A DNA stretch of 64,000 nt from an uncultured Bacilli bacterium (GTDB lineage Bacteria; Bacillota_I; Bacilli_A; ML615J-28; CAG-313). Location: assembly GCA_949879765.1 (NCBI GenBank), contig CATLBQ010000007.1:2266-66265 (forward strand), given 5' to 3'. Below are positions 33,801 to 41,688 of this stretch, piece after piece. A program made the position numbers and the translations under genes. Under the pieces are notes generated by a model, which saw only the letters and a list, made by a program, of their open reading frames with translations, was not told the origin of the DNA and searched no databases. Every line of letters begins with the position of its first letter. Within the stretch, counting starts at the first letter, position 1.

Positions 33801-34578
33801 CATCTGTGGAAGTTGTTTGTTGTTCTTTACCATTCACCAAATCGGAAATCATTCCTCTGGTTTCTGGAGTAGCTGTGTTAAGAACTGTACAAATCCCAGA
33901 AAGTGGCACACAAACCAAAATAACTACAAAGACACCTTTCAATGATCCAGCAAGAGCACCCCACCAGCGTTTTTTGCCAGCAGGCTTTTTGACCAACTCA
34001 TTGGCTTCTTTTGTTACTACAGCTTCTTCGACACTTTCTTCGCCAGTAGAAATTAAAACTTGTTCCTTTTCAGAAACAGCGGTTTCACTGGCTGCTTGTT
34101 CTATAGGTTTTTTCTGCTTTGCTGCACGGATAATCAACTCAATCATATGTGTAATCAAACGAATGATTGGAGAAATGATTAATACAACTACTGTGCCAGC
34201 AAGTAATCCGACTGCGCGGAAGATGGTACCAACCACACTATAGAAAAGCGTGTACGTTTCCTTTCCTTCAACTAGTAAATCCTCTCCATTAGGAACAACG
34301 CTTCTAGCATATACTAAAATCGCATCCCAAATAGTAGAGATAGAATCATCTTGGACCCCTAGTATTTCAGCAACTCGTTGACCGGCCTTTACATTGAGTA
34401 AAGTGGCTTGATCACCAAATACTAGCCAAGATAAAACTAGTAAAACTATGAAAACGGCTACGCACCTAAGTTCTCTTTTTAGTCCACCTAAAAAGCCCCA
34501 AAGTGCGAAAAGTAATACTATTACTAGCAATCCCAAACCAGCAAATAGTAAGATTTGATTAAAATCCATCATTTTCAC
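21835..34578 (-). CDS. Giant (4247 aa) membrane-anchored alpha-helical repeat protein with a CvpA-like N-terminal TM domain
   Basis: Uninterrupted 12.7 kb ORF; N-terminal TM helices (WGFLGGLKREL; RWWGALAGSLKG); about 20 recurrences of a [IV]DWxxE motif alternating with LTxEELxxD; acidic. Confidence 0.85.
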   Translation of the reverse strand: MKMMDFNQILLFAGLGLLVIVLLFALWGFLGGLKRELRCVAVFIVLLVLSWLVFGDQATLLNVKAGQRVAEILGVQDDSISTIWDAILVYARSVVPNGEDLLVEGKETYTLFYSVVGTIFRAVGLLAGTVVVLIISPIIRLITHMIELIIRAAKQKKPIEQAASETAVSEKEQVLISTGEESVEEAVVTKEANELVKKPAGKKRWWGALAGSLKGVFVVILVCVPLSGICTVLNTATPETRGMISDLVNGKEQQTTSTDDPIEMIFDFAKAYDESGLGKFANASSYFFGKSFSESLFDDLLRIETKNQNISVSEELITFIKAANALNGKSNPEKWSIEELQNALNALKKSKLLVEGMPVAIEYGYEIPVIQEALNNAYQDSDYLSLRYINWGKDLDAILDAVVEAYQLGIFPLDQFNYLTMNAEQLRNVVNVLAKTELIQKILPIAINTGLSHEKVVEWIGYQFVSGIEDIDWKKELNILVDMYANFQTFGVTTFEGLDTNAFIKDILNNAGKTETLFEIINQALEVELLKQIAVPSGIEYASNIEGFKKLLEDADQFNAFSSLRFDMTIEDLKAVVAAIKTALPLIDFSNYPTIEVDYLNLDVAILHAVVDQIFSTLDKETQTSSLYDVVKIGLAIGLNQAQVKEIVGDALDQIDFKGINWKQEFHDIVNIYEEVQKFDLKTIENVKENYNSILHDILNDSNRLDDVLVMVHHILSLQIADKVVVPVGLDYALRQEQIRKLLEDANQLEAVEKLKGELTTDDLKQIVSAVREAANLANFKEFPDRVTADYLHLDATILRSVVNKLFSTKKMHDIVNIAVAVGVSIEKVQDITKHALDNVDFSKVEWQKEFGQLVSLYETFLTFGFESVEEFQTKNWVDIVQDILEHTDKFESANTFASQLVDLQLYQLAGTPTMQKFLDEWIDQKANEFDDIVDVSGMTSEEWKDDLKDILDIAKATNEIKVLENLNPFVYQNLDLTSDQAIANLKLIVEKALGLHLLGDNQLKNKLVLASMRQFGWIEALEEEAFQNVDWNHETLVLLSLIDTYAKLIDVEGFDIYDLSSLSQNIEQLLENDTFLDYVVEALENIVESQVVLAILPNVLDKYLVPQIEKLETIDDSALIRDILDHISSEELVNEVIQLVDVVKAVVDLNVLDIKNDGLHALALEQVDAMKTIVSGIFDSKIIQGFEGRIIRLLLKVSGLLDIEKDGDVYNQLVALDYTGEKDILLSFIDEISDVLQDESFSLFNEKNQLILDLNFWAENENAQTLVDGVKVLFGTYEDANASGSKLIEVLLPTIYDTYVEAKDIIPEDFKSIVEELDLTNASGQTLVHDLRCLVYVLDQLVAVDAQSFLTKGGNIAINDQLSDALCNIIDALHDMELFHGHEEATLSWGVNYIASLLKIELGAINEDFSNVDWQGQKAVYKNIITDIVALFKENQVTDVNAAIEIIQGILKGNHEYDTYVTDANATSILNIIDKIADVEVIDAIIPLGIKCGVKFLGEQGIQLDYIYELTNEQLVDDFRSLVTIDHKLVEDAHIVDYYLDREKGEMALPDESVVLSLVDDIYALNMVQCANGRLAEVVYDKLIALYAQDQVFELSKDDFDFRNIDWASEKEIIKALLALGYDFFETANVQTMYALTNFFKDKWYTYPTVLTDGVGYVATEALRTLQQSQLVGNIIEKGFKYIVDLANRSGKVPFSIDYLSQVSKEALMEDLGTLANILDEAISFGAMEYLRTKNIQMVDLNQAANIVEQMYDLHVVQANESELLFNAINYGLKLINDKWNDTLYVTDSQVKTIDVKQEFTLLAQIIRNAQRVLDKQDLRSITDIQAFISGDTYKKEAFYDVEMGEILSDMVVQVVDSQILQLVLVDVIDLVATQVQKVDLSFLKGTLTKEEWVEDIRTAAKLIVPAIQAELIQLVFGLDVKELPLHMDIYSEMVLVLGDLHLLNHKWADVATLATNQVLGALKVEDRVETSLFEGIRFKDEVSSLVQAIQAAQQSFENAAIVKVKDAIDIMQYKAYKDAKYANEAVVNPLLDALDALLDTQTIQAVLPTAARVGRDQLTKNNATKDFVFILDDLNQLELVQDAKLLVAYLKDAVTVGALEYVTTQDIQNLNVEKIAEMVEGLYDFHMIQKHAPNLMYELFQLATKKVVISFDVTLADFETIQYQNEFASLAEAIVAVRPLMDSLEYTSLKDVMKIVNNKDYQYKAFYKGATLDALVEFAREVLDLETVAFLLPDVFNYGVDQVKGVDVSFLKGAFTKEELVQDARQILLAVAPMDRAEIIDVIFGTKIEDISLHFNDYEEIVAAASELHILNKKWADIAALATNKILEALKSSDTVEASLFEGIVFKDEAPQLIQALEEFKAAYVASNVLTVKDILGIFKNKTYQDEATLNRNVVNAFVNGVDQAVEVKTLQVLLPTFAMHMAKFTGQKGFAMEYLFIDATTEELVADVHTLASISRELLDYGMLEFMLFGGAIDVSTADVINAAINKMQTLHCMNHNEQNLLTALFDKLGIDTTAMALSTIDYQQTWAEINEVVRIAYRIFNAKQADTLSQIKALFTKEFAQELWKVNEQTDTYLDAMIDLAKLCSESELVEAIAFPISEKYVKENNKLFDLIGIHQIYNHPQEFTADLSALATTIESIRTLDLYQIVKEDAPYPFDRSDVVETVVNHLFGLYYFNNDGRLDAVIKAVDGLVSQDLSDITADGVNLKADAPKIIEMYSYFYNITRNKYWTINSNADVKNNNFNMQLLGQASFYENALDFILTYMDTTIYEKTGPAILLVSLPLMKKFAPQYYEALDLEHLTLDVVEHDIPYLEDIVFAMKEMDLTTTIENKAYFTEQMREMVTRIFDDVVALDMLNGHMEAVLTLVAKDFINGKKIAGFEIAEDAFKFETTVFALDKEDMKLVMNELYDLFAREHINNIADAKAYIQQLMNKAGIKAFLSQEANWIMMENIMDALTRMTLVQENGLAMMNNIITPYIEQYSLTLGHASDVSMYTNEEFMEDLALATSVVKALHQLDIVSILNNQNIDYANVDAVEAILSSLADMNYFKYHMDQIIDFVDRRSILPFSIQALHASEFDFAGDMNVFAQMYKDLVPYLTSKYNPFPTYQDIRAFMNSGFNITRDMLSGTNQYRYQFVDAYDKFVQTTTYQLLLPELKEFVETKVPEKYRGVVAAVSFDGLTFEQIKEDALLSATLVRTLVDFGIIDVVKNKDIPFTGTITSTLNAQTTEMTRTEALNSIVDYLEALHCLADRSEVLLEALETLGVITNEIDLSGVNWDYEFAYLRTLITEGIDVFASCGWHTVKEVYAYIKSLNRTNIQSEIKAMARLADTDSLAVVMETLDLSDAFNQLFKPLYNRFVYHRLPVSLGELGNLDTYTVADLDEDMARVARITRAVAQMDAVPGSIKDNVSKDECIIPAQTIIEEVFALNFVDQKKQELVRFANTFVGEIDMSDLDLTGVDLASDGKVLSAYAKEILTIVAQTGLLKVKLQHVGNTELMSAVVALYQGALDTNVFKAISSWGYEKYVLPKLENANLAHRLGIDENSIEPLCQEFGVVLDALLDMGAFSNNGIDFTNTENTDRLFGVFTNVFDLSDKTMTPINKLKKNMYVLGKVDLVYPEGSLKVELKAIYRAMMKALDIITRYGDQLKTEKYELFDDQTFQNEVTALVNQAFESKVLEQISTPIADGIVRIFTKDIVEITILEHMDSQTFVNTFLPDVFNIVEKANVLGLFKKTIDYKNAQGIIDLADIAVHSTSFAPYLDQLMQYACYVVGIDIRDVDFSSVNWEMEYQGLASALREVENVLPTIDIHDKSTMKNNAFLDAVANATPHMENSTILPLVARQFAEKLSQKLFGDRFNQYINHLYQTSYTDDKLMSDYARISDILKAVVDLGYFEGGLDYNYLDPILTLAEEFFALEYTKGLEATLLHAVVKRVDALKAYTFDFDAVQDWTAEQVVLMDALKELVSLSKLMDINNVSSSALEDKAVQAQFVKVVDAMSQSIVGQQFLPQFYMDKVEPMLGNEDYRDIVDFTDPGFTPDKWASEFEKLFVAYSKLQEVGYGTSKEIALQDAKDIMVLMFGTREHQEEGLYTVTSRPQLWLTRFYNRGFFNFPNNAKVSIDTTDDRDWNDEAYQIMDVLDQMMAFETTSGSTFDYNDVYACQDETQLKEFFTTINECVAVRTAVMCIVFNVIEENTTVQQQLEASGLLDTEFQAEYDSYVNGTYVYNEAYWTDAKVQQFASIIARANAL

Positions 34579-34605
34579 CTCTTTTTTTCATGACTTTACT
34601 CACTT

Positions 34606-34634
34606 ATTTTACCAAATTTTTATTTTTTTTGCAA
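34606..34634 (-). promoter_or_regulatory. sigmaA promoter of the giant gene
   Basis: TTGCAA-17 nt-TAAAAT with extended TG. Confidence 0.6.
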
Positions 34635-34768
34635 GTGTTTTTAACTAATTAGAATGTTTTTACATTTTTTTCGTTTTTACCTTTATATTTTATTTCCTTT
34701 TATTGTGAAATATTCCAATTTGTTACAAGCATATATACTAGGAATTTTTTGTTTGAATTTTAGATGAT

Positions 34769-34802
34769 AAAAAAGAATCCAAATCCATAGATTTGAATTC
34801 TT
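34769..34802 (-). terminator. Terminator after the 1001 aa paralog
   Basis: AAGAATTCAAATC-TATG-GATTTGGATTCTTTTTT. Confidence 0.8.
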
Positions 34803-34813
34803 ACTTGGGCTAT

Positions 34814-37800
34814 TTATAATATCTCTAAATAAGTTAAAACAGCAGTAATCACAGCACTTTCTTCTACTTGAGTAGCTAGTTCTGGATAATCTTGTATATT
34901 AAATTCTTCTTGTTGGCTTATGGCTTCTTGGTACGTTGTGAGTGCAGCTGTTAGTGTAGCGGCTTCTTTTGTCCAATCGACATGTTCATCTATTTCTAAC
35001 CCTTCATTTCCAACAAGTTGTGATAGCATATCTTGAGTTAAAGTTGTGCTATTTTCTATTTGATTTAAGGCAGAAAAAGCAGTAGACAAACGCTGGATGT
35101 TTTCATCCGTAATGTGATGCTTATCGGTATCTTGAATTGCTTGAGCAACATCAATCATATGTCCTATGGTTTTAGCATACATCTGTAGCGATTCTGGGTG
35201 CGTAAAATCATACTTGGGTTGTTGCGTGATATCATCTATTGGCAAAATATGCATTCCCTTTTCACCTAAAGCGTCATTTAAAAGTTGCCCTACTACTTTA
35301 GATGCAAGAATAGATGTACTCGATTGCCTCATGATTTGTTCAACTGCACCACCTTGAATAGCACTGGTTTGGAATTGACCTGTTAAGGCATCTTTTAAGA
35401 ATATATTTTTACTACTTTCTAACACCCTCACTAACACCCCTAGCTCTTGAACCATGGTGTGTTGCATCATTGTTTCTTTTTCTTGTGGTGTAAGCGTCAC
35501 TGTAAATCCAGTTTGTTGTAATAAACAATCCAAAAGTGTAAATGTATATGGATTCATGATATGAGAAACATACATATCATCAAAGAAACCACCCACTTTT
35601 TGAGCGATATCTAACGCATTGTCTAACGTAGAGATATCTTGTTCTAGGAAAGACAAATCTGTACTCAAATCAATGATATCAAATAACACCTGTTTGAGCA
35701 AAGGTTGTTCTTCATTCCAATCGGTTGGTGTACTTGGTGCTACATAACTTATATATTGATTCATACCACTTAAATCTAAGAATAGTTGTACCAATTGTTG
35801 TTCATTCTTTTGTAACAACTGTAAACTGAGTAAACAATCTAACATTTGCTCGACTTGAGCTTTGACTTTTTCATCGGTTAAATCCAGTTGATATGCCTGA
35901 TTTGCATCAAAATGGTCTTTCAGCCGAATCTCTTGAGCAATTCGATATGCGGTAAAGAACGATTCCACATCAGTTGAAAAATCTTGTTGGAGATACTCCA
36001 CTTGAATCAAATCGACGATGGGCGCAAATTCTGAATGGCGTGTAGCTTGTTGTAACATTTGAATGACTGCTGGCAAATAATATGTTGTAGAAAGGGTAGA
36101 ACGATTCAAGTCTTCTACTATGGTTTGAATGATGCTTGGCGTATGCTCATTTTCTAATAATTTGGATAAATCATTTCGGTCAAAAGGACAAGTGAGTACC
36201 AATTCATATGCATCTATACAAATGTCCAATAGAATTTCGGTTTCTTTTGACCAGTCTACTTCTTCTTTGATAAAGGCATCTATATCGATGCCATATTCAC
36301 TCACATCAAAACTTTTTTGAATTTGATTGGCCATCTTCTCTAGAATAGATGGGTAATTATCCTTTAATAAATAAACAGACAAAATATGGCGTTTGGCTTG
36401 TTGTAATTGAGTTTTTAATTCCTCAGTAAAGATATATGTACCTTCTACTTTTCGGATATAATCCAATACTTTGGTTTCCTTTAACAATTGGTATGCCTCA
36501 ACTATTTCTTTTACATCCTTTGCTAAATAGGTTTGAATATATATCTCATTGATCCAATCTGTTACAAATGCATAGTCAGTCTCTCGCAAATAATCCTGTA
36601 AATAAAAATAAGATACTTTCGTAAAACATTCTTCAAACAATTCAACGGCCATTGCCTTAGTTAACGCATCACTAAAGTCATTTGCAAATGTATCACTTTC
36701 TAATAGCTGTTCTGTTTGAAAATCATCTAAATTGATATGTTGAAGCAGTTGATAAACAGATTTTAAAAACGGTTCTGTTTCTGAAAAATTTTGGTTAATA
36801 TCTAATTGTGATAAACGATCAAAATCTAAATTCCATTTTTGAATATCTAACTTTTCTTGTTCAGTTTGTAAATAACCAATGATATATGGATAAAAGGCTT
36901 CAATGACTCTACTATCTCCTAAATATGTACAAAGTAAGTGAATATCTTCTTCTGTGAGTAAATCTAACTTTTCGTTGTTTGAAATATCTTGTGATGCACC
37001 TTCTACAATCTGTAAAATGCGTGGTAGCATAGGTGATAGTGCATCTATTTCTGTGACAAAATTAATAGTTACACCATTGGTTTTGATTTGAAATACATTG
37101 CCCAAACGCTTGGCGGCTAAACCAAAAGAACCATTTTCTTTTTTCCCTAATGTCTTGGTTGTCTTTAATATAAAAGATGAAGACACAATTTCATTAAAAT
37201 TCTCTGATTGTTCTATATAACTTTCATCTTGTTTTGCTACTTCTTCTAATGCTTTTTGTGTCACTTCTACAGCACCATATAACGGCAAAACAAAAATATA
37301 AAACATAAATATAAATCCGACAAAAGCAATACCTGCACCCAGTAGTCGGTCTAACAAGAACCGGTGTTTTTTCTTTCTAATTCCAGGAAGGACTAAAAAG
37401 AAAATAAATCGCAATAATGGCGCTCCAATCAATAGCCATACAATAGCAAAAGCAAGACAAATGACAAAACGACCTACCGAAATGGCCATATCTTCAATCA
37501 ATATATCCATTTTGGCTTCCTTTAATTTATTCATATCCCCTTCAAAACATTGATCGGCAACACCTTCTTCAATCCATGTATATAGTGAGGTTTCTTCTTC
37601 TGTAAAAATGTGATTTTCCATATAGATGACTTTTTGGGCTGCTCTTCCCGCAAAAATAAAACAAAGTATCAGTGGAACAATTTTAATAGTTACAATAATT
37701 CCTGTTCGAAGCGTCCCTTTGGTAAAACCTTTTAATAGTGCGATTAAACCAATCAATAATACAAAAATATCAATTCCTAATACGATTATTCTGAATGTCT

Positions 37801-37819
37801 CATTACTCATCATTGACAT
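34814..37819 (-). CDS. Membrane-anchored helical repeat protein with CvpA-like N-terminus; shorter paralog of the 4247 aa protein
   Basis: LKGFTKG and LLDRLLGAGIAFVG TM motifs; VDWSKE, TDWNEE and VDWTKE repeats. Confidence 0.8.
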   Translation of the reverse strand: MSMMSNETFRIIVLGIDIFVLLIGLIALLKGFTKGTLRTGIIVTIKIVPLILCFIFAGRAAQKVIYMENHIFTEEETSLYTWIEEGVADQCFEGDMNKLKEAKMDILIEDMAISVGRFVICLAFAIVWLLIGAPLLRFIFFLVLPGIRKKKHRFLLDRLLGAGIAFVGFIFMFYIFVLPLYGAVEVTQKALEEVAKQDESYIEQSENFNEIVSSSFILKTTKTLGKKENGSFGLAAKRLGNVFQIKTNGVTINFVTEIDALSPMLPRILQIVEGASQDISNNEKLDLLTEEDIHLLCTYLGDSRVIEAFYPYIIGYLQTEQEKLDIQKWNLDFDRLSQLDINQNFSETEPFLKSVYQLLQHINLDDFQTEQLLESDTFANDFSDALTKAMAVELFEECFTKVSYFYLQDYLRETDYAFVTDWINEIYIQTYLAKDVKEIVEAYQLLKETKVLDYIRKVEGTYIFTEELKTQLQQAKRHILSVYLLKDNYPSILEKMANQIQKSFDVSEYGIDIDAFIKEEVDWSKETEILLDICIDAYELVLTCPFDRNDLSKLLENEHTPSIIQTIVEDLNRSTLSTTYYLPAVIQMLQQATRHSEFAPIVDLIQVEYLQQDFSTDVESFFTAYRIAQEIRLKDHFDANQAYQLDLTDEKVKAQVEQMLDCLLSLQLLQKNEQQLVQLFLDLSGMNQYISYVAPSTPTDWNEEQPLLKQVLFDIIDLSTDLSFLEQDISTLDNALDIAQKVGGFFDDMYVSHIMNPYTFTLLDCLLQQTGFTVTLTPQEKETMMQHTMVQELGVLVRVLESSKNIFLKDALTGQFQTSAIQGGAVEQIMRQSSTSILASKVVGQLLNDALGEKGMHILPIDDITQQPKYDFTHPESLQMYAKTIGHMIDVAQAIQDTDKHHITDENIQRLSTAFSALNQIENSTTLTQDMLSQLVGNEGLEIDEHVDWTKEAATLTAALTTYQEAISQQEEFNIQDYPELATQVEESAVITAVLTYLEIL

Positions 37820-37845
37820 CCTCCTTATTTCTTACATTCTGCTAT

Positions 37846-37874
37846 ATTATACTACAAATCTATGCTTTATTCAA
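37846..37874 (-). promoter_or_regulatory. sigmaA promoter of the 1001 aa gene
   Basis: TTGAAT-17 nt-TATAAT. Confidence 0.65.
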
Positions 37875-37886
37875 GTGTTTCTGCCA

Positions 37887-39152
37887 TTATCTTTCATTTT
37901 CTAAAATTTGGATTGAGACGCCAATGGATTTCAATTTAGGGATAATTTGTTCATATCCTCTCAGTATAATTTGCGCATTTTCAATGATTGTGGTGTTGTT
38001 TGCTATTGCTGCTAATACAATACAAGCAAAACCACATCGTAAGTCATAGGCCTGTATCGTTGTCCCCATTAATGTCGAAGGAAAAATATGGAGTACCTCT
38101 TCTTCTATTGTCATTTTCCCACCCATTTTCTTAATAGCTTCTATTTGAGAAAACCGGTTCGGATAGACCAAATCCTTTATCCTAGAAGGTGAAGTAACAC
38201 TCAAACAAACCACAGATAAGATTTGTTGCAAATCAGTTGGAAAATGAGGATATATATCTACTATAGTTGTTGTACCTATCAGTGGTACATCATTGATAAT
38301 TTCTATTTCATTATCCCCAATGCGCATCTGAAGTCCCATATCCTGTAATGTATGGATGACTTCTTCTATATACCGAATATCTACATTTTGTAGCGTTACA
38401 TGCGCATGCGGGATGGCACTAGCCAAAAGCAAATAACTTCCTGCTTCAATCCGGTCACTCATGATGGTAAAGCTAGCCCCTTTTAATCTTCTTACCCCTT
38501 CAATATGAATGGTATCTTGCAACACCTCAATTCGTGCTCCCATTTGCTTCAACAATGCAATGACCTCTAAGACCTCAGGTTCAGTAGAAGCATTGGATAT
38601 ACTGACTTTGCCTTTTCGCTTGGTACTTGCTAATAAAATATTAATAGTCGTGCCAACTGATTTTTGGGGTAGATAGATATGGATATCTTCTTTTTTCTGA
38701 TTCTTTGGTCTTTGAAATATCAATTTACCAGATACTTCACGAATCTGATACCCCAGTTTCTCAAAAGCATCGATATGGTAGTCAATCGGACGTCTTGAGA
38801 AATTACATCCTCCAGGATATACGGTTTCAAAAGAAACATGGCAACCAACTAGGGCACCCATAATATAATACGAAGCCCGAATTTGCCGAATCAAATCCAT
38901 AGATAAATCGGTTTTAATTTGTTTTTTAGTTAAAATCATTTTTTGTTCATCAGGGGTATATTGGATTTCTACACCGATAGATGCTAAAATGTCTTTCATA
39001 CAAAGGGTATCTGTAATATCGGGAAAATGAGACAAACAAATAGGCTCATGGGTAAGAAGGGAGCAAGCCATAAGAGGTAAACTTGCATTCTTAGATCCAC
39101 TAATCGATAGGGTTCCTTTTAATTGCTCGACGTGACAAATTTTTAATTTCAT
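37887..39152 (-). CDS. murA: UDP-N-acetylglucosamine 1-carboxyvinyltransferase
   Basis: GSKNASLP, RAS, PGGCNFSRRPIDYH (catalytic Cys), SDRIEAG, FPTDLQ, DLR, RGYE. Confidence 0.93.
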   Translation of the reverse strand: MKLKICHVEQLKGTLSISGSKNASLPLMACSLLTHEPICLSHFPDITDTLCMKDILASIGVEIQYTPDEQKMILTKKQIKTDLSMDLIRQIRASYYIMGALVGCHVSFETVYPGGCNFSRRPIDYHIDAFEKLGYQIREVSGKLIFQRPKNQKKEDIHIYLPQKSVGTTINILLASTKRKGKVSISNASTEPEVLEVIALLKQMGARIEVLQDTIHIEGVRRLKGASFTIMSDRIEAGSYLLLASAIPHAHVTLQNVDIRYIEEVIHTLQDMGLQMRIGDNEIEIINDVPLIGTTTIVDIYPHFPTDLQQILSVVCLSVTSPSRIKDLVYPNRFSQIEAIKKMGGKMTIEEEVLHIFPSTLMGTTIQAYDLRCGFACIVLAAIANNTTIIENAQIILRGYEQIIPKLKSIGVSIQILENER

Positions 39153-39291
39153 TTTTATATCACCTTATATCATTTTATGTGAAAAAATCATTTCTAGTAT
39201 TTGAATTTTAAAATTGCATTTATTTTTATTTGAAAAAAAATAAAAAGTATGGTATCATATATGAGAATAAAAAATTCCAGAGGAGAAAAAA

Positions 39292-40719
39292 ATGAGATAC
39301 CGTATAGAACGAGACTCTTTAGGTGAAAGACAAGTACCGGCGGAAGCATATTATGGTATTGAAACCTTAAGAGGAAAAGAAAATTTTGAAATCACAAAAA
39401 GAGGCATTTGTAGACAATTGATTAAAGCGCTTGCTATCGTTAAAAAGTCTGCCGCAAAAGCCAATATAGATGCTGGAAACATTGATGAAAAAGTGGGCAA
39501 AGCAATTATGCTAGCTTGCGATGAAATCCTCAATGGTAGACTACATGGCCAATTTGTCACAGACCTTATCCAAGGTGGGGCAGGTACTAGTATCAATATG
39601 AACGCCAATGAAGTAATTGCCAATCGTGCGAATGAATTGATGGGTGGAAAAAAAGGTGTTTACGACTTTGTTCATCCGAATGATCATGTTAATTTTGGCC
39701 AATCTACCAACGATGTCATTCAAACTGCAGGTAAAATTGCGGTTGTCAAACAGCTGAAAAAATTACAAGTTGAATTGAAAAAACTATATAATTCTTATTT
39801 AGATAAGGCAAAAGAGTTTGAAAACATCATCAAAATGGGTAGAACCCATTTACAAGAAGCACTGCCTATTCGCCTAGGACAAGAGTTTGAGGCCTATGCT
39901 AGTGCACTTTCTCGAGATATGAAACGAATTGATACCACAATTGATGCTTTATTAGAAGTCAATATGGGAGCTACCGCGATTGGTACAGGATTAAATGCCA
40001 ATGAAAAATACATTAAAAAAGTCATTCTACACTTATCTAAATTTTCTGGTGAATCCGTTAAGCAAGCTAAAAATTTAATCGATGCCACTAGAAATCTAGA
40101 CGTATTAGGACAAACTAGTTCTGTTCTGAAACTTCTTGCTACTAACTTATCTAAAACAGCGAGCGATTTACGTTTAATGGCAAGTACGGGTATGAATGGT
40201 TATAGCGAAATTCTATTGCCAAACGTACAACCTGGTTCATCCATTATGCCCGGTAAATACAATCCCGTTATTCCTGAAATGGTCAATCAAGTTTGTTTTT
40301 ATGTGATGGGATTAGATGTAACCATTACCAAGGCTATTGAAGCAGGTCAATTGGAACTCAATGTATTTGAGCCCATTATTTTAATGTCCTTATTTGAACA
40401 AATCACCACACTTCGTAGAGCAGCCAGAACATTTAATAATTTAGCCATTACAGATATGAAAGCAAGCCATCATGTGGCTCATTTCCGAACTGAAAATAGC
40501 ATTTTCTTTATCACTGCCTTATCCCCCCATATTGGACACGATATGGCTTGTAACATCATCAATGAAGCTTTAAGTTCAGGAAAGACCATTAAAGAAATTG
40601 TGATGGAAAAAGCGCTGCTTTCTGAAGATGTAATTGATGCCATTTTGGATGTTAAAAATATGACTACTCCTGGTATTGTTGGAGAAGATTTATTAAAGAA
40701 AAAATCAGAGAAAGCCTAA
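39292..40719 (+). CDS. aspA: Aspartate ammonia-lyase
   Basis: RIERDSLG, QGGAGTSINMNANEV, QSTND, GRTHLQ, GSSIMPGKYNP. Confidence 0.88.
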   Translation: MRYRIERDSLGERQVPAEAYYGIETLRGKENFEITKRGICRQLIKALAIVKKSAAKANIDAGNIDEKVGKAIMLACDEILNGRLHGQFVTDLIQGGAGTSINMNANEVIANRANELMGGKKGVYDFVHPNDHVNFGQSTNDVIQTAGKIAVVKQLKKLQVELKKLYNSYLDKAKEFENIIKMGRTHLQEALPIRLGQEFEAYASALSRDMKRIDTTIDALLEVNMGATAIGTGLNANEKYIKKVILHLSKFSGESVKQAKNLIDATRNLDVLGQTSSVLKLLATNLSKTASDLRLMASTGMNGYSEILLPNVQPGSSIMPGKYNPVIPEMVNQVCFYVMGLDVTITKAIEAGQLELNVFEPIILMSLFEQITTLRRAARTFNNLAITDMKASHHVAHFRTENSIFFITALSPHIGHDMACNIINEALSSGKTIKEIVMEKALLSEDVIDAILDVKNMTTPGIVGEDLLKKKSEKA

Positions 40720-40751
40720 AAAATAAGCTATAATCATAGCTTATTTTTTTC
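40719..40751. terminator. Bidirectional terminator between aspA and degV
   Basis: aaaaataagcta-taatca-tagcttattttt. Confidence 0.8.
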
Positions 40752-40756
40752 ATTTT

Positions 40757-41590
40757 TTATACGCGCTCAATATAGGCTACTCCATACCCACCAGGACCGA
40801 TATGACAACCAATGACTGGTGCAATGTGATCAACTTGAATGATGCGTTTTTGAAGATTTGTATCAGTGAACAATTGATATAAGGCATCATAATTGTCTTT
40901 ATCTTTGCTATATAATCCATAGATCGGATACTGTTCATCGGGCAAATGGTGCATCATATAGTCGACAATATATTGCATGGCTTGTTTTTTTCCTCTTCTT
41001 TTAGAAAATACCACCACTTTTCCATCTGATATACCAATAATGGGTTTTAAGCCGATGATTGTACCTATAACAGATGAAGTTTTACTTAATCTTCCCCCTC
41101 TATGTAAATATTCTAGTGTGTCAATTCCCGCAATAATTCGAATTCTTTTGCGAAGACGCATGAGTTTTTGGATAATTACATCTAGTGATTCATCTTGATA
41201 GCGCAAAGCCTCTGCGATTAAAAAACGAAGGCCACTGACAGTCGTCAGTCCATCGATAATTTGAACATTTTGATGGTCTTCAAAAAGGGCCTGCATTGTG
41301 GCATAGGAACCTGATATTTCTTTTGATAAAGGAAAAATAAGAATGGTGTATCCTTCCTCTTCATATTTTTTGACTTGTTCTTCTAATTGATATAAGTTGG
41401 GGAGGGAGGTTTTGGGGAAAACAGGACTTGTCACTAACTTTTCATAAAAAGCTTCACTTGTGATGTCTACTCCATCCAAATATTCTTCCTCATCAAAACT
41501 GAACCGAAGTGGAAATACTTCTATCCCCATTGTTGTTGCTTCTTCTTTTGTAATACCAGAAGAAGAATCGACCATTATTTTTAATTTCAT
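40757..41590 (-). CDS. DegV family fatty-acid binding protein (FakB-like)
   Basis: VDSS, PKTSLP, ISGSY, LEYLHRGGRL, IGCHIGPG. Confidence 0.92.
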   Translation of the reverse strand: MKLKIMVDSSSGITKEEATTMGIEVFPLRFSFDEEEYLDGVDITSEAFYEKLVTSPVFPKTSLPNLYQLEEQVKKYEEEGYTILIFPLSKEISGSYATMQALFEDHQNVQIIDGLTTVSGLRFLIAEALRYQDESLDVIIQKLMRLRKRIRIIAGIDTLEYLHRGGRLSKTSSVIGTIIGLKPIIGISDGKVVVFSKRRGKKQAMQYIVDYMMHHLPDEQYPIYGLYSKDKDNYDALYQLFTDTNLQKRIIQVDHIAPVIGCHIGPGGYGVAYIERV

Positions 41591-41620
41591 GATTATTCTC
41601 CTTGATTATGAATGATAAAT

Positions 41621-41670
41621 ATGATACAATTTGTATCATATGGTATTATATCATAGAATATATGATACAA
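41621..41670. promoter_or_regulatory. Probable TetR operator between divergent degV and tetR
   Basis: Perfect palindrome ATGATACAA-T-TTGTATCAT (41621-41639) plus an extra half-site ATGATACAA at 41662. Confidence 0.7.
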
Positions 41671-41688
41671 ACAAGTGGGGTTTTGTCT

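Noticed and set aside
21835-34578. NRPS/PKS, phage tape-measure or Ig-repeat adhesin identity for the 4247 aa protein
   Set aside because: No A/C/KS motifs, no phage genes nearby, and the repeats look helical rather than beta-sandwich
21845-36320. Many short plus-strand ORFs inside the two helical-repeat genes
   Set aside because: Antisense by-products of codon bias, with no RBS or recognisable motifs
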